A stretch of 62,975 nucleotides of DNA, the filler included, from Conidiobolus incongruus B7586 (Eukaryota): NCBI GenBank assembly GCA_000697335.1. It is 6 parts of 6 records of this genome, joined end to end, with 100 filler letters (N's around TTAATTAATTAA, not from the genome) between each part and the next. Parts side by side here need not be neighbours in the genome. Positions count along the whole stretch, not along the records: positions 58,612 to 62,975 come from JNEM01006221.1; 5 more parts are not named here. One strand, given 5' to 3'. Positions 62,501-62,975 of this stretch are shown here, piece after piece (positions within the stretch are counted from its first letter, which is position 1; the number at the start of each line of letters is the position of its first letter). The notes below the pieces were generated by a model, which saw only the letters and a program-made list of their open reading frames with translations, had not been told where the DNA came from and did not search any database. The position numbers and the translations under genes were made by a program.

Positions 62501-62975
62501 CTTGTACGGTAATCAGTGTTACTGATTTGAAGAGTTAATAACAAAAGATGACTAGAGTCAATTACATAGATAGGAGCCAGAGCCCCTTTTTCAAGACTAC
62601 TTGACCATTCAGGCCCTCCAGATTTATCTTGAATACGATATTTGATATCGAAAGGTAAAAGATTTTCGATTTCAATTGGAGCGCTTAGTTTAAAGGTGAT
62701 AAATGGGTAGTTGGCAACAATAGGGTTAGAAACATGGAATTGACCATGAATCTGGAATCTGAAATCAGAGTTACTGGAGTCATAGGAGGAACAAGATATG
62801 GAGTTCATTACTTCTCCAACGAGGAATTCTCTCCAATAAAAGTATTTCTCACTCCATGCATAACCATATCCAGCACTCGGTCTCACTTTGATACCAAATC
62901 GATAAGCATATTCAATTGGCACAGAACTCTTGGCCCCAGGAGCGATGGTAGTGACTCCGGAAACTCGAGAGCCTT
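59545..62975 (-). CDS. VPS13: Vacuolar protein sorting 13, C-terminal part (runs off window)
   Basis: VAB/SHR-BD repeats (YCPYVILNKTG, TFTPRFIISN), WIQVDNQL, GSADVIGNPVGLF, ATG2_C-like Gly-rich amphipathic helices and a terminal PH-like domain. Confidence 0.97.
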   Translation of the reverse strand, partial: GSRVSGVTTIAPGAKSSVPIEYAYRFGIKVRPSAGYGYAWSEKYFYWREFLVGEVMNSISCSSYDSSNSDFRFQIHGQFHVSNPIVANYPFITFKLSAPIEIENLLPFDIKYRIQDKSGGPEWSSSLEKGALAPIYVIDSSHLLLLTLQISNTDYRTSELVAIHSPDSNGPVPADQITLLDSNGLQLTLNLHYTTIPESGGAFKLSIYCPYVILNKTGMDICFKTQSIIRTSKVVSDQQNQYQPSKVQPFLFSYGSGESRKRAMVKIGTADWSGPVSFEASGTVSELILKTGNEQEELYTGFSVNEGVGKYHLSKVVTFTPRFIISNKLQESIDFRDIAIPQSTTLQSGDKSPLYFLSHNGDKQLTIRFSGDKNRWSAPFKIDSVGKIHLRISKDMGEMELIRIRIQLEGPVLFISFEKEEGKWPFRIENLYDTDITFYQSNSVSRQSSGAAEGTKYRLPAGRIVPYSWDYPSEKNKLLVISVNGFQREIDFQEIGVSMPFKFKIGNQSHIMSIEVKAEGLVMVLRLTPYRADESVFKPTYAPAPASNPTTSTNTTITRTGTTQGFELVQTESKVSFTFQVKLEGIGVSVINRRNQELIYATFRGLDFKFEDSDASQSISLCIKWIQVDNQLYGALYPIILYPTEIPKHGNESNLHPALRFIAVRAKDESYGVKFYKYVTFLMQAMSFEVDEDFLFALLDFAKYSIPGHEIEATQDDELDPHSMEIIEPKAQEHEHLSFFEVFHIQPLKFNISFTRTERINQEENPPPSHNPITFLFNVLTMTIGSINDAPIKFNALVLENLLATYPVLVNRFSSYYSQEFLFQIHKIVGSADVIGNPVGLFNNLSSGVVDIFYEPYQGFVMSDRPQDFGIGLARGTSSFVKKTVFGLSDSLSKITESLGKGLSVVTMDKAYQDRRRMTRVRNRPKHALYGVAQGANSFGSSVASGLTGVLMRPIEGAEKEGVGGFFKGIGKGLVGAVAKPVVGVFDLASNVAEGIRNTTTVFDGTDIDRVRLTRYIGPDGVLKPYSQREALGQSWLKEVKDGKYFSEHYIAHYDLRSSQNVIMLTGNRVLLLRSKQLTLEWDIALAELHTVDMVNNGIQFILNNGEPGPFIPITEAAAKKWFFTKVEEALNQYRQSNRPLE

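Overview
Very AT-rich eukaryotic DNA with short (~50-60 nt) GT-AG introns. The gene content points to an early-diverging (non-Dikarya) fungus; a Conidiobolus-like Entomophthorales/Zoopagomycota species is my inference. The window is six contigs joined by five artificial 100-bp spacers (N44-TTAATTAATTAA-N44), so adjacency across spacers is unproven. Genes: importin-13, V-ATPase E, a PPR protein, cytoplasmic dynein heavy chain, neurochondrin-like, MED4, three tandem DGAT2/MOGAT-family acyltransferases, a 5'-nucleotidase with a GYP-repeat tail, tubulin cofactor A, IRE1, a methionine-synthase-reductase-like diflavin enzyme, SNAPC3, VPS13 and several small orphans. It also holds one intact tRNA-Leu, two tRNA pseudogenes, and BioF and F-box/LRR pseudogenes. 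Strongest hidden signals: (1) two copies of a DD34E Tc1 transposon with ~210-bp IR/DR ends, destroyed independently by dense C>T and G>A changes while nearby gene-derived pseudogenes keep their GC and CpG, suggesting RIP-like repeat-targeted hypermutation outside the lineages where RIP is established; (2) an oriented TCCCATAA element 85-270 bp upstream of seven genes; (3) a second transition-riddled repeat family and a solo LTR with an exact 5-bp TSD.
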